A DNA stretch of 64,000 nucleotides, taken from Heterodontus francisci (Eukaryota). The stretch spans positions 93,109,206 to 93,173,205 of the forward strand of contig NC_090379.1 in assembly GCF_036365525.1 (NCBI RefSeq), given 5' to 3'. The translations under genes were made by a program, and so were the position numbers. The notes under the pieces were generated by a model that did not search any database, was not told the origin of the DNA, and saw only the letters and a list, made by a program, of their open reading frames with translations. Positions 13,301-26,567 of the stretch are shown here, in pieces. Within the stretch, counting starts at the first letter, position 1, and each line of letters begins with the position of its first letter.

Positions 13301-15543
13301 TTGGTCTCTTCTGCTGTAATGCGTACCTTGGTGACCTCATGGATGGTCACGATGTTGAGGTCTTTACACGCAGGTAGTCCTGCCACTGCTGGTCCACTCG
13401 TGCCTACCATGTAGAATGCTTGTGGATTCCATGCCGACTTGCCATATTCGCATTGCATTGTCAGTATGCCACTGCAAGGGATGGGTGACCCATTGTATGC
13501 AGACAACTTGGCAGTTGTTGGTTGTATCATTGATTTCCAATGCCTCCGGTACATATCCTTCAGGATTCAGACCAGTAGGATATTTGCACTAGCTCCACTA
13601 GTCAATCTTAACCCTGAGTGTAACCCAGCTTTCTTTGGGCACATGATGTTAATGGAAGCAACAGCTTCCAGTTATTTGACTTCATCAACATGATGTGTCA
13701 GGTTCACAATGTGAAATGCCTGCTTGTCTTCTGGCTGAGAATTACTTCTCTCTGGGTCTTGTCTCAGATCTGTTTCGCTGTGGACTTTGTGTATCGACCT
13801 ACGTTTACACAGGCCTCTGGCGTCTTCTTTGCTGATGTTGCCTTATTGCTGGCCTGTCATCTGTTTGTTGGTGTCCTACCTTGGCTTCTGGCTGTGTCTT
13901 TGGACCCAGATTTCTTGCATAGGTGGACCCAATGTCGTTTTGCACTGCATGCCTTGTGCAGGTCACAAAATGCAGGACAACATCGCGGTGAGTGGAACCA
14001 ACCACACTTACCACACAGCTTCATACAGCTTGCTTGCTCTTTTTTTACCTAGTTATCATGCCAATACTGTTGGCTGCACCTAGTACTTGCAGATGCTGGT
14101 GTCCAGCTACAATGGCTTCATATTCCCTGCCTTCTCCCAGCAGTGCATCAATGCTGTGACCTTTCTTTTTCCCCCAAGAGATCTTTCTGAAACGCTTCAA
14201 TGGGTGTCAATCACCAGCTCCATTAGTTGCCCTGATAGCTCAGCTTCTGAAAAATTGCACACGTTGCCCTTACTATGGTATCTACTGACGAACTGGTCTA
14301 TTGATTCCTGTGGCTGTTACCTGTCGGACATCAATTCCAGGTGGTGAATCCTAAAATTCACTCCTAATCGAAGTTGGTCTTCCAGCACTTTCCATATCTT
14401 TGCGGGATCTTTCTGGTCCTCATCAGATAAGCCTGAGGTATTGATTCTGTGTGATACCTCATTTCCAACTGCTATCAGTATTTTTCAGCCTGACTTTCTG
14501 GTTCTGCAATCACGTGGTCCGTGAAACATAACCGCATTTTTTGTTTGAAAAGTTGAAACCTGGATAGAATATCCATGGCTTTCCGGTTCATGCTGGGAAA
14601 TTTGGTATCCATCTTTCTATAGTTCTTTTGCTTAAAACTTGTTTTGTGACTCTGTACTGTTTCTCCTTTAAGAAACTCTCTGTTATTTAGACTAGCTGCT
14701 TGGATTGAGAGGAGCAGGTGTTTTGCAGTGCTCTGTGTCTATCTTGCATGTAGCACTTAAGCTGGTCTGTTTACACAGCTGTTCACTAGACGGTTCAATT
14801 GCTTTATTTTTTTGCTAGCTTTAATTTATGTTTTTCATGCTCAGTTGGTATAATGGTATTTTTATAGCTGTGGCTGTGTGAATGGAAGCTCTTCTTCATG
14901 CTCGAGTGATTTAATGAGTTTTTAAAAAGCTTTGGCTGCGTGGATGAGGCACTGCAGAGATCGGGGTTTTCCCACACTTTTGCAATCGGACGCCTCCTGT
15001 AATGGCACTGAATTCGATTAGCCTGGAGAGGAGTCGGGTCTTCCCCCTTTTTTTTACATGGAATCTTTAGCAAAAATCAATCTTTTAAGCACTTCAAAGC
15101 CTGTTTTTTAAAAAACCAGTATCCTATGACCGTTGGCACAATGATTCACCGATTTACTTGCAGCCTATCGTTCTGAGCTGTCTTCTACAGCTGGAGGTAG
15201 GTTCTTTCTTCTGTCCACTTTTTGGGCCCATATTCCTTTTGAAATTTCTCTCCAGTGGATGTAGGAAAGGTCGTTTTCAAGGCTGTTTGACCTGTGGTCT
15301 TCAACTTAGACTTTGTCTTCTCATCACAGCTGCCACCATGTAATGTGTTCTTCATGTTGTCTGATTCAACACAAATGAGATGCATGTAGTCCAGTTTTGC
15401 TGAAGATCTCAAACAGCTTTATTACAGCTAAACTATTATATACAGTACAGAGCAAACCGTTTACAGAACCTTACTCTCTTAGTTCATTAGCATACTAAGA
15501 TCTTAAAGGGACATCACTCTTAAAGGTACATCCCAATTCAATA
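13300..15543 (-). mobile_element. Gypsy/Ty3 (Mag-like) LTR retrotransposon 5' half: LTR, PBS, leader, gag, protease
   Basis: LTR 15543-15339 ends ...ATTACA; PBS TGGTGGCAGC at 15338-15329; gag ATG at 14612 (MDTKFPSMNRKAMDILSRFQLFKQKM...IWKVLEDQLRLGVNFRIH); Zn knuckles CGKCGWFHSPRCCPAFCDLHKACSAKRHWVHLC near 14010-13910; protease LRVKID/SGASANIL near 13615-13578 and LSAYNGSPI...PAVAGLPACKDLNIV. Confidence 0.9.
15339..15543 (-). repeat. 5' LTR of the Myc-bearing Gypsy element
   Basis: Reverse complement aligns by eye with the solo LTR at 30932-31093 plus 35190-35284 (gtccctttaagatct.agtatgctaatga; tttgctctgtactgtatataatagtttagctgt.aataaa; catctcattt...ttaca). Outer boundary approximate. Confidence 0.85.
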
Positions 15544-16644
15544 ATGCATGATCTGTGTTTTGGTGTACTGAATAAAGCTTATAAAGGAGCTTTCTGTCGT
15601 GGAGTGTTGCATTGTAACGAATTGAACGTAAATCATTTAACTAAATTATAAAACTGGTTATAACCCTCGACTTTGCTAAGTCTAACAATGCCCATGTGCA
15701 GCACCAAGAAAACTTATTCTATTATCTCTGGCACTTCATTGGAATGCTTTCCTTTTCATCAAGCAACTGTAGAGAATGCCATGTACTCTGGATTTCACAA
15801 GACTACAGTATCTATTATATGCATCCCATATCAATAGCACCCCCAAGTGGCTTGGAAGAATAAGTTGTACACAAATATATATTCAGAAGTGTTTTAAATT
15901 TTTTTCATGACTTTATTTTTCAATTTTCACCCACCCCTTGTGAAAATGGGGACGTTTGCTCAGATAAATTTGCTGACTGTCCTCCAGTATCTATCAATAA
16001 TGGGTCATTCTTCATAAGCCTTGACAGTGAGCCATCAAAACCAAGACTAATGTTCTTCTTGCCCAGTGATAGTCTGCCCAAAGTTTCCAGTGGGGCGCAG
16101 TGATCAGGAGCGGGGAACCCTGGCCCATTTTCCCCATTCGGCTAGCCCGAGGAACCCTGAGGTCATTTGAAGTTTCCACTCTGCTCTGCCCATCTGAGAT
16201 CAGCAAATACACCAAAGAGTAAAAGGGAGAAACCTGGAACCATCATGGTAATGCAGTAACATGTTTATCAAGTGAAAGAGGGCAAGGCTGGTGCAGGCAT
16301 CAATCTTTGTAAGGAAAAGCAACTTACAGAGGATGATGAAAATGAAAGGAATGATATCTTTTCGTTAGAACCCCTGGGCATGTTGCCATAACAAATGATC
16401 CAAGTTAGCTTTTTATCTGTGATGGCTTGTGGAGAACTTGACAATTTCCACATTTGTGCTTGTCCATTTGATGCATACAGGGACAGCAGCAATCTGACCA
16501 AACCATCTTTATATTCTATACTAGTGTTTAGGTACCTTGCACCTTCAGATTTCTGCACTGCTGCCCACATGCTTTGTCATCCAGCCAAGAAGACAATGCC
16601 CATTGACCTTTACACAGTTACAGTCAACAGTTTATGCATAAACA

Positions 16645-16838
16645 AGAACAAGAAATGCTGGAATCACTCAGCTGGTCTGGCAGCATCTGTGGAAAGAGAA
16701 GCAGAGTTAACGTTTCGGGTCAGTGACCCGAAACGTTAACTCTGCTTCTCTTTCCACAGATGCAGCCAGACCTGCTGAGTGATTCCAGCATTTCTTGTTT
16801 TTGTTTCAGATTTCCAGCATCCGCAGTATTTTGCTTTT
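16645..16838. mobile_element. Penelope-like element terminus as a fold-back inverted repeat
   Basis: Near-perfect arms of about 80 bp centred on 'tttcgggtc-agt-gacccgaaa' (near 16723), flanked by the 16-bp direct repeat AGTTTATGCATAAACA (16629-16644, 16839-16854). Confidence 0.8.
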
Positions 16839-16959
16839 AGTTTATGCATAAACATCACCTTGTCAACTCCACTTAAGCAAATTGCATTGGTTAGCAGTTA
16901 GTTCAAATTAAAAATACAAAGCCACTTTCTATCAATGTCCAACATATTTCTCACCTTTC

Positions 16960-18188
16960 CTGGAACTCCATGTTTGAATCCTTCCAATCAGATTTCTTCT
17001 CCTGCCAAAACAGCTCTTATCAAAGTCACAAATGACATTTTATCCCTCCTCATCCTTCTCAACCTGTCTGCAGCCTTTGACATCGTTGATCACACCATCC
17101 TCCTTTAACAGCTCTGTACCATCATCCAGCTGGGAGGGACTGCTCTCACCTGGTTCCATTCTGATCTATCAAATCATAGACAGAGTATCACTTGCATTGG
17201 CTTCTCTTCCTGCTCTCACACCATTACCTCTGGTGTCCCCCAAGGATCTATCCTTGGCTCCCTCCTATTTCTCATCTACATGCTGCCCCTCGGCGACATC
17301 ATCCAAAATCACAACACCAGTTTCCACATGTATGCTGACGACACCCAGCTCTACCTCACCACCACCTTTCTGGACTCCTTCACCATCTCTAAATTGTTAG
17401 ACTGCTTGTTTGACATTCAGTACTGCATGAGTAGAAATTTCCTCTAACTAGATACTGGGAAGACTGAAGCTGTTGTCCTCAGTCCCCACCACAAACTCCA
17501 CTCTCTTGCTATTGACTCCATCCCTCTCCCTGGCAACTGTCTGAGGCTGAACCAGATTGTTCGCAACCTTGGTATCATATTTGACCCCAAAATGAGCTTC
17601 CGTCCACATATCCGCACCATCACTAAGACCGCCTATTCCCATCTCCATAACATTGCCTGTCCTGCCTCAGCTCATCAGCTGCTGAAACCATCATCCATGC
17701 CTTTCTTACCTCTAGACTCGACTTTCCCAATGCACTCCTGGCTGGTTCTATTCTCTGTAAACTTGATGCCATCCAAATCTCTGCTGCCCTGTCCTCATTT
17801 ATACCAAGTCCGTTCCCCTATCAGCCCTGCTCTCGTTGACCTACATTGGCTCCCAGTTAAGCAACGTTTTTAAATCCCTCCATGGCCTCACCCCTCTATA
17901 TCTCTCTGATCTCGTCCAGTCCCACAAGCCTGTGAAATACCTGCCATGCCTTCAGTTGCCTGGGCCCTAAGGTCTGGAACTCCCTCTCTGAACCTCTCCA
18001 CCTCTCTATCTTGCATTCCTCCTTTATGATGCTGCTTAAAACCTACCTCTTTCACTAAGCTTTTGGTCATCTGCCCTAATATCTCCTTATGTGGCCCGAT
18101 GTCATATTTTGTTCTATAATGCTCCTGTGAAGCACCTTGGGAGGTTTTATTATGTTAAAGGTGTTATATAAATACAAGTTGTTGTTGT
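16960..18188 (+). mobile_element. L2 LINE, 5'-truncated (RT to tail)
   Basis: LNLSAAFDIVDH, SGVPQGSILGSLLFLIYMLPLG and FHMYADDTQLY motifs; canonical tail ending 'atataaatacaagttgttgttg'. Confidence 0.88.
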
Positions 18189-18869
18189 ATTTCATCATAT
18201 TAACTCAAGCTCTTTTTTAATGTCTTCTTTCTCCCCTCCGTGATGTCATTACATGGCAGCTACTATTTTTGAAACATAATATGATACAGCAAATTAAAAA
18301 CGTTTTGCCATATGAAGCCAACTTTAAAACTGTGTAAAAGATTGTGTAACAGAATTTCTAGCAGATACTTCTGCTAGTGAATTCCTAATGACTGAATAAT
18401 ACATTGTGGCAATCAAAACAGTTCTCATCGAATGTAATGTTATAGTTATATTAATAAATGTAACTAGTGGATAAAAGCTCACATTTATAAAACATTGCAT
18501 TCTAGGACAGATACCTTGTTAAGCAAACATTGTGAGGTCACATCAGATCAAAGAACATCAAGTTTACAATGAATTTATATCATTATTTTCCGAATTTTTT
18601 CCTCACCCTTCTCTGACTGAATATCTAAGTACAATTGTACTCACTCTCACAGTTTCTCAGTTTGCCTCCTTTGTTGTATTTGCTTCCAGAAAACACAAAT
18701 TTGAAAACCAACTTAGATATCTCTGACTTTGTATTGCTCAGAAAGTGAAATGAAAGGAGCAAATAGTGGTCAAAACAGGAAAACAGATAAGGGAGAAGGT
18801 TAATAATATGAATGAGAACCTGGGAAAGTGGACGTAAATCAGGAATAGCAGCATTTTATACTTTGACTT

Positions 18870-18960
18870 AAGAAAAATACTGTGGATGCTGAAAATTTGA
18901 AATAAAAACAGAAAATGCTGGAAACATGCAGCAGGTCAGGTAGCATCTGTGGAGAGAGAA
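18870..18960 (-). mobile_element. Penelope-like terminus fragment
   Basis: 'aaaatactgtggatgctg..aaataaaaacagaaaatgctggaaa...agcatctgtggagagagaa', same family as 16645 and 50044. Confidence 0.7.
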
Positions 18961-19027
18961 ATATTACCTCAGTTTCCAGATGTAACGATTGTATTTTACT
19001 TAGCAGACAAGATATATTAAACCCATT

Positions 19028-19993
19028 GGCCTAGAAATTCGAACATGTCGAATCTGGTTTACAGGCATAAAATTGACACCTAAGGATCCACACTGGACAT
19101 GAGTCACCTGCCATATTGGATCAGGCTCCTCAATAGGCGTTCAGTGTGTTCACCAGAAGCATTAAAAAGCCTCATTAAAATATTTAAATAAGGGTCCTCT
19201 TTGTAGTCGGGTCCTTTCATGAAATTGGGCTGTCCCAGCGGCTGGCTCACCAAATGATGACCCATCAGACAGGAAGAATCCTTCACCAGTGCCATTTAAT
19301 GGGTTCATCCACTCCATACAGGCTACTGCTGGCTTGTCATTTTGGGCTGCTGATTAACCTCTGGGCATATTTTAGCCTATTTTCTGTCTTCTACAACTGA
19401 TTCCTATCTTCTGCTGTTACTGGACTACTTTTGGCTGTCTTCAAAACAGTTTGACATGGGTGGTCTGGTAGAGTTGCCTTTCTGGCTGGAGAACAAGGGG
19501 GAGCAGCAAAGTAGACAGGAGGGAGCAGGAGGAGGGCACTGTGCAGGAGGCCACAGCACTGCCTGTGGGCATCAAGGTCACTGTGTTTACGTTTATACCA
19601 AAGGCTTCTACCAGGTTGCAGCAGATGGTGTCAGTGACATCTCCCAGTTTTTTGTTTACCACCGAATCCGGGAGGTCACTGAAGCTCTCCATGGCAGGAG
19701 GAGCACCTACATCAGTTTCCCCATGGACAGAACAAAGCAGGGTAAGTGGATCTGAGTCCACGAAAAGATCAGCCATGATCTTATTGAATGGCGGAGCAGG
19801 CTCGAGGGGCCGGACGGCCTACTCCTGCTCCTACTTCTTATGATCTTATGATTATGAGGATGAGAGAGCACTCGGCTTCTCCTGCACTGTAGCCTCCCCC
19901 AGATTTTAAGGTGCTATAGGTTGCAGCCACATTGCTTTGCCTGCTCCCCATCATCAGCCTGGCATCTCTCACGTCCGATCAAATTTCTAGGAC
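19028..19993. mobile_element. Probable Harbinger-type non-autonomous element, containing a CR1 3' tail at about 19760-19850
   Basis: Imperfect TIRs ggcctagaaatt / aatttctaggac; TSD imperfect. CR1 tail 'aggggccggacggcctactcctgctcctacttcttatgatcttatg'. Confidence 0.5.
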
Positions 19994-20746
19994 TATATTT
20001 TTGCAATCCGAGTCAACTATTTTGAGACCTGCTCTTAACAGATGGCGATTTGATTTATGCAATTGCAATGAAAGTTTGAAAAATAAAATGGTTCCCTCTG
20101 CTGGAAAACATTTTTAAATTGGAATTGTCATGTAAATAAACCAAGCAATTTAGGTCAACCTTCTGCTGAATTTTGTTTGATAATACTCCTGTGAAGCATC
20201 TTGGGATGTTTTACTACATAAATGTTGTTATTGAACTGACAAAGATCAGGCGTTCAGGGGTAAAAGAAGCAAAACGGAGACAGACAGCGCTGGGAAAGAA
20301 GACAGAAAAGTGGTGGATACTGGCTGCAAGAAAGTTCATTTTAATTTATATGCATTTTGATTTCTGTGCTTTATCTGTTTTATGTTTTTAAAGTATTAAG
20401 CACAACAATTTAGACAGGGCCTCAGTTTCCTTTCAAAAGATTGGATTATCCTCATTTTTTCATAAGCTGTGAGAATGGGAATTTATATCCATTGGACTGC
20501 CTGCAAATACTAAAGCATTGCTGGGACCCATTGTTTTAATTTACAAAAAACATAGGGCAAGTAGTGCAGTAGTGTGAAATAGTGGCTGATAGTGAGTTGT
20601 GTTGTGATATTGCTTTAACCACCTGAATACTAGTTAACATACTACTGAATATGTAAATTGTTTCGTATACATCATCACAGGAAGTGATGTAAGCTAACAT
20701 GTGATATAGTAGTTGGAGCAGTGTTAGTCAACAGGTAGCACATGTA

Positions 20747-21129
20747 TTTTATTTAGAGATACAGCACTGAAACTGGCCCTTCGGCCCACCGAGTCTGTGC
20801 CAACCATCAACCACCCATTAATACTAATCCTACACTAATCCCATATTCCTACCATGTCCCCACCTGTCCCTAATCCTACACTAATCCCATATTCCTACCA
20901 TGTCCCCACCTGTCCCTATATTCCCCTACCACCTACCTATACTAGGGCAAATTATAATGGCCAATTTACCTATCAACCTGCAAGTCTTTGGTGGTGGGAG
21001 GAAACCGGAGCACCTGGCGAAAACCCACGCAGACACAGGGAGAACTTGCAAACTCCGCACAAGCAGTACCCAGAATTGAACCCGGGTCGCTGGAGCTGTG
21101 AGGCTGCGTTGCTAACCACTGTGCCACCC
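20747..21129 (-). mobile_element. HE1-type V-SINE inserted in the 5' LTR
   Basis: tRNA-derived head (ggcacagtggttagc...ccgggttcaa), V-domain (gcgtgggtttt...gtgctccggtttcctccca), CR1-like tail; internal duplication of about 46 bp at 20824-20915. Absent from the 3' LTR. Confidence 0.88.
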
Positions 21130-22010
21130 GAAAGAGGTCTCCGGTAATTCTGTTATTCTGTAATAAAGAATCCTTTGTTCAACTTACCAATCATCCTCAC
21201 AGTGTTTGGTACGTTTGTGTTAGAAACCAATAACACAATATGGTGGCAGCAGAACACTACAGGGTAGCAGCGATGCAGAGGTGCTCAATGTGTTAGTAGC
21301 AGTGTTTAACATCTTGACAGCAATCACTGGAGTGACATAGTGGACAATAGCTTCTCCCTTGTAAAGCCATAAAAGTCACAACACTGAAAGTAGCTGAAGG
21401 AAGCAGCAGCAGCGTGACATAGGACCACCCTCGAGAGAGTGTGAGTAACCAAAAAGGGGGAGCTTGTCGAACGGTAGTCAGCCTGAAAGGCAAATTTCTG
21501 GTAGGAGCTGCGAGACTGCATTGCCGTTAAGCATTGTGTTTTCTTGCCAAAAGAGCTTTGTGAGTGGAGACTCCCCATTCAGAGGCTGAAAGCCTGCAGT
21601 GCAGCCACAGAGATCAGGGCATGGCAGAGGTCCAGTGCTGCAACCACTGTAGACCTGCATTGTTTTTTCTTTGAAGGAAAGCTATTAAAAAGGAAATAAT
21701 TTATTGCATCAACACTTCTGGACTGCCAAAAGCAGACCAGAAAGACAGATCTAAACTCTGGACAATGCTGGAAGACCAATTACGGGTTAAGGTCAACTTC
21801 AGGATCCGTCAACTCAAACTGATGGCCAATAGACAACTATTGATCAGTTTGTCAGCAGATGTCTGGGAAAAGGCCACATAAAGGACAAGCTAAGGGCTGA
21901 GTTTAACACAATGGAACGACAAGAGATTATCAGCTCTGTAACCACTGTAATTAAGAAAGAAGGTATCATCAGAGTATGCTTGGATCCAAGAAGATTGAAT
22001 TGCGCACTCA

Positions 22011-22710
22011 ATAGAAAAGCAACATATTATTTAAATGGAGAGAGATTGCAGAACTCTGAGATGCAGAGGGATCTGCGTGTCCTAGTACATGAAACACAAA
22101 ACGTTAGTATGCAGCTATAGCAAATGATTAAGAAGGCAAATGCAATTTTGTCATTTATTACAAGGGGAATGGAATATAAAAGTAGAGATGTTTTGCTACA
22201 GTTGTACAGGGCATTGGCGAGACCACATCTAGAGTACTGTGTACAGTTTTAGTCTCTTTACTTAAGAAAGGATATAATTGCATTGGAAGCAGTTCAGAGA
22301 AGGTTCACTCAACTGATCCCTGGGATGATTTTACAAGGAAAGTTGGACAGGTTGGGTGATCCTGAGGGGACTTGACAGGGTAGATGTTGAAAGGATGTTT
22401 CCCCTTGAGGGAGAGACTAAAACTCGGGGGCACAGTTTAAAAATAAGGGGTCTCCCATTTAAGACAGAGATGGGGAGAAATGTTTTCTCTCAGAGGGTCA
22501 TGTGTCTTCCCTGGAGAGCGGTGGAGGCAGGGTTATTGAATGTTTTTAAGACAGAGGTAGACAGATTCTTGACAAACAAGGGGATCAAAGGTTATCGCGG
22601 GTAGGCAGGAAAGTGGAGTTGAGACCACAAACAGATCAGCATGATCTTATAGAATGGCAGAGCAGGCTCGAGGGGCCGAATAGCCTACTCCTGCTCCGAG
22701 GTCGTATGTT
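22011..22710 (+). mobile_element. CR1 3' fragment inserted in the Gypsy RT
   Basis: YYLNGERLQNSEMQRDL, ILRGLDRVDVERMFP, CR1 3' hairpin and tail; splits Gypsy LNCAL|KRYPHKIPT. Confidence 0.88.
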
Positions 22711-23034
22711 TGCATGGATGTTGTTCAAAAAAGATATCCTCACAAAATTCCTACTTTAGACAAACTCAATCCAAGGTTTGCTAAAGCCAAGTTTTTCTTG
22801 AAGTTGGACACGAAACAAGGATACTGGTCCGTTTATCTTTCTGAAGCTACACAAGAACTAACAACTTTCAAAACATATTTGGGAGCTATAGCTTTCTCCG
22901 ATAACCATTTGGTCTGTCAGTGAGTCAAGACCTGTTCCAACAGCATATGGATCGCATTACTGAGTATGTTTCTAGCTGTGTTTGCATTGCGGATGGCATA
23001 GCAGTTATAGGAAGTACCAAGGAAGAGCATGACA

Positions 23035-24138
23035 AGGAGTCCTAGCAAAACTGGAGTCAATGGGAATCAGGAGGAAAACTCTCAAGGAAGATGGTTGTGG
23101 TTGTTGGAGGTCAATCATCTCAGTCCCAGGATATTGCTGCAGGAGTTTCTCAGGGCAGTGTCCTAGGCCCAACCATCTTCAGCTGCTTCATTAATGACCT
23201 TCCCTCCGTCATAAGGACAGAAATGGGGATGTTTGCTGATGATTGCACAATGTTCAGCACCATTCACAACTCCTCAGATACTGAAGCAGCCCCTGTCCAA
23301 TGCAGCAAGACCTGGACAACATCCAGGCATGGGCTGATAAGTGGCAAATAACATTCATGCCACACAAGTGCCAGGCAATGACCATCTCCAACAAGGCACA
23401 ATCTAATCATCTGCCCTGGATGTTCAATGGCATTACCATCGCTGAATCCCTCACTATCAACATTCTGGGGTTTACTATTGAAGAGAAACTGAACTGGACC
23501 AGCCACAATCATACTGTGGCTACAAAAGCAGGTCAGGGGCTGGGAATTCTGCAGCGAGTAACTCACCTCCCTGGCTCCCCAAGGCCTGTCCACCATCTGC
23601 AAGGCACAAGTTAGGAGTGTGATGGAATACTCTCAACTTGCCTGGATGGGTGCAGCTCCAACAACGCTCAAGAAGCTCAACACCATCCAGGACAAAGCAG
23701 CCCACTTGATTGGCACCCCATCCACAACCTTCAACATTCACTCCCTTCACCACCAATGCACACAGTGGCAGCAGTGTGTACCATCTACAAGATGCAGTGC
23801 AGCAATGCACCAAGGCTCCTTAAACAGCACCTTCCAAACCCGCAACCTCTACCACCTAGAAGGACAAGGGCAGCAGATGCATGGGAACACCACCACCTGC
23901 AAATTCTCCTCCGAGCCACACACCATCCTGACTGGGAACTATATCGCTGTTCCCTCACTGTCGCTGGGCCAAAATTCTGGAACTCCCTTTCTAACAGCAC
24001 TGTGGGTCTACCTACACCCCAAGGACTGCAGCAGTTCAAGAAGGCAGCTCACCACCACCTTCTCAAGGGCAATTGGGGATGGGCATTAAATGCTGGTCTA
24101 GCCAGCGATGCTCACATCCCATGAATGCATTAAAAAAA
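23035..24138 (+). mobile_element. CR1-superclade LINE (Zenon/Daphne-like, clade uncertain), 5'-truncated, inserted in the Gypsy RT
   Basis: GVSQGSVLGPTIFSCFINDLP...MFADD, KKAAHHHLLKG C-terminus, poly(A) tail; splits Gypsy EEHDK|NLHILM. Confidence 0.85.
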
Positions 24139-25279
24139 CAAGAATCTTCACATTCTAATGGAGACAGCTAGAAGAGACGGTTTTGTGTTAAATAGCAAAA
24201 AAATGTGCTATCAATGTGAGCCATATTAATTTTTTCTGTTCAATCTATTCTGACTCTGAAATACGAACAGATCCCAGTAAAGTTGAGGATGTACAATCAA
24301 TGCCTACTCCTCAAGACAAGGCAGATTAACAGAGGTCTTTGGATCGGTTTAATGTTTGAATATCATATCTTTTGAATTTCTCCGAGAAAGCATCATCACT
24401 GTGTGAACTTCTTAAGAAAGAAGTTCTTGTGGCATGAAAATCATCAACAGGTGTTTGATTCATTAAAAAAGTAACTTTCTGCTGATGCTATTTTACAGCA
24501 TTACAACGCAAGGAAAGAAACTATACTCGAAGTAGGTGCTTCACAAAAGGGTCTCGGAGCATGTCTGTTACAGGAATGTAGACAAATTGCATGTGGTGCC
24601 AAAGGTTTGTCACCCACTCAGGCGAACTCTTCGAACATAGAACGAGAAACATTGGCATTAGTGTTCATTATTAGTAGATTCCACACATACCTATTTGGCA
24701 AATGCATGTTGTCGTGACTGATCACAAGCTGTTGGCAATGATTTGGCAAAAACCACTCACCAGCGCGCCACCTCAACTCCAAAGACTACTATTCAAAGCA
24801 CAGGGGTACGATTGTGAAGTCCGATATAAACCTGGAAACCCTATTGTTACGTTTGACACATTGAGCAGGCTTCCCAACCCCAGGAAGACAGAAGATAAAC
24901 CACACGTTGTCCAAGTGGATGAAGTAGATGTGGAATTAGAAGATTTGTACAACATTGACCTAATGTAATTTGGACAGAACAAACGTGGACTTCCAAAGAG
25001 AGACTTCTAGAGATCCTATCCTCAGAGCATTGTGGCAGCTCATCATTAGTGGATGGCCAGATACAATGTAAGAAGTTTCCACAGACCTCAGAACCTTTTG
25101 TCCATATCGTGATGAATTAGGGATATCAAGTGGAGTCATTTTCAAGGGCAGACAAATACTGATACCAGAAGTGTTTCATCAAGATATCCTTATACAATTA
25201 CATCAAGGTCACATGGACTGTTTATTGGCCAGGGATCAATAACGACATAGAGCGAGCAGTGAGGCTGTGCAATGCACGT

Positions 25280-26567
25280 TATTACGACTGAGGTTGGAGG
25301 AGTGCACTAGTTGCACTACTCCACTGGTCACAGCATATATTTAAATGTTTTACCCAGTTACCGATATGGCCAATTATATACTTTGCATTAGTTTCAGAAT
25401 AAAAAAATCTGCCAACCAGGTTTCTTTAATAAACAACATTATTGATTTATTATAAAACAAGACTTATTCAATAAACATGCAAAGCTTATTAACACACAGT
25501 TTGAAATATGAAAGTATAAATGTATACCCTTCTAAAATAACCTAACACACACGCACACACCACTTAAGGAGAAAAATAATGGAAAATTAAAAAACTGGCC
25601 CTGCAAAGATCAACTTAAAAAAAAAACTTTTGCCAAGTTATTGTCAATTCTTGAAGAGTTCTTGAAGACTGAGGAGTGACCTGATAGAGGTGTATAAGAT
25701 TATGAGAGGCATGGACAGGGTGGATAGGGAGCAGCTGTTCCCCTTAGTTGAAGGGTCAGTTACGAGGGTACACAAGTTTAAGGTGAGGGCCGGGAGGTTT
25801 AAGGGGGATTTGAGGAAGAACTTTTTTACCCAGAGGGTGGTGACGGTCTGGAGTGCCCTGCCTGGGAGGGTGGTAGAGGCGGGTTGCCTCCCATCCTTTA
25901 AAAAGTACCTGGATGAGCACTTGGCACGTCATAACATTCATGGCTATGGGCCAAGTGCTGGCAAATGGGATTAGGTAGACAGTAAAGTGTGTCTTTAATG
26001 CATCGGTGCAGACTCGATGGGCCGAAGGGCCTCTTCTGCACTTTGATCTGTGATCTGTGAAAAAGGGTAAGATATGGAATGTTTCAGAGGGCCTTTGGTC
26101 TGGCATCCGGCTACACATAGACGGGTGTCACTGGGAGCTTTCTGGAGCAGTTCTGTTCAGGAGGCATCGAGGAGTGATCTTGCAGGCTTTTCAGGAGAAT
26201 TACTGCATCAGTGGTTTCAGCTATCAGACTGGATTCTCAAGATTTTTCAAAACAGGTGGAAAAGGATGAGTTGGGTGGCTTCTCTCTTAGCAGGATACAC
26301 ATCAACTGCCCAATCAAACAGTTCAAGCCAAATCAAAAAGCCCAAACTCCTGACAACCATAAACTTTGACATGTGATTTCTCTGTAAACAACTCCAATAG
26401 CCAGCAAGGCTTCTTATGTTTATTTTAACATTTCATTGTTTCTTCCAGTAACGCTTAAAAAATAAACAAAATCCGGGCATCTTCTCAGTCTTTCAAATGA
26501 ACCAATTTTCACAATCTTTAAACACGAGTCCTCAAAAAATATTAATAATGGAAGCACCTTCATGACA
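25280..26567 (-). mobile_element. Long solo LTR inserted in the Gypsy integrase Zn finger
   Basis: T(A)TTACGAC...CATGACA termini; 4-bp TSD ACGT/ATGT; removing it restores a CNAC*EHQPSQRKE...ATDLF integrase reading. Confidence 0.8.
25666..26059 (+). mobile_element. CR1 3' end nested in the solo LTR
   Basis: DLIEVYKIMRGMDRVD...KNFFTQRVVTVW; 'gggccgaagggcctcttctg' hairpin; (tgatctg)n tail. Confidence 0.88.
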
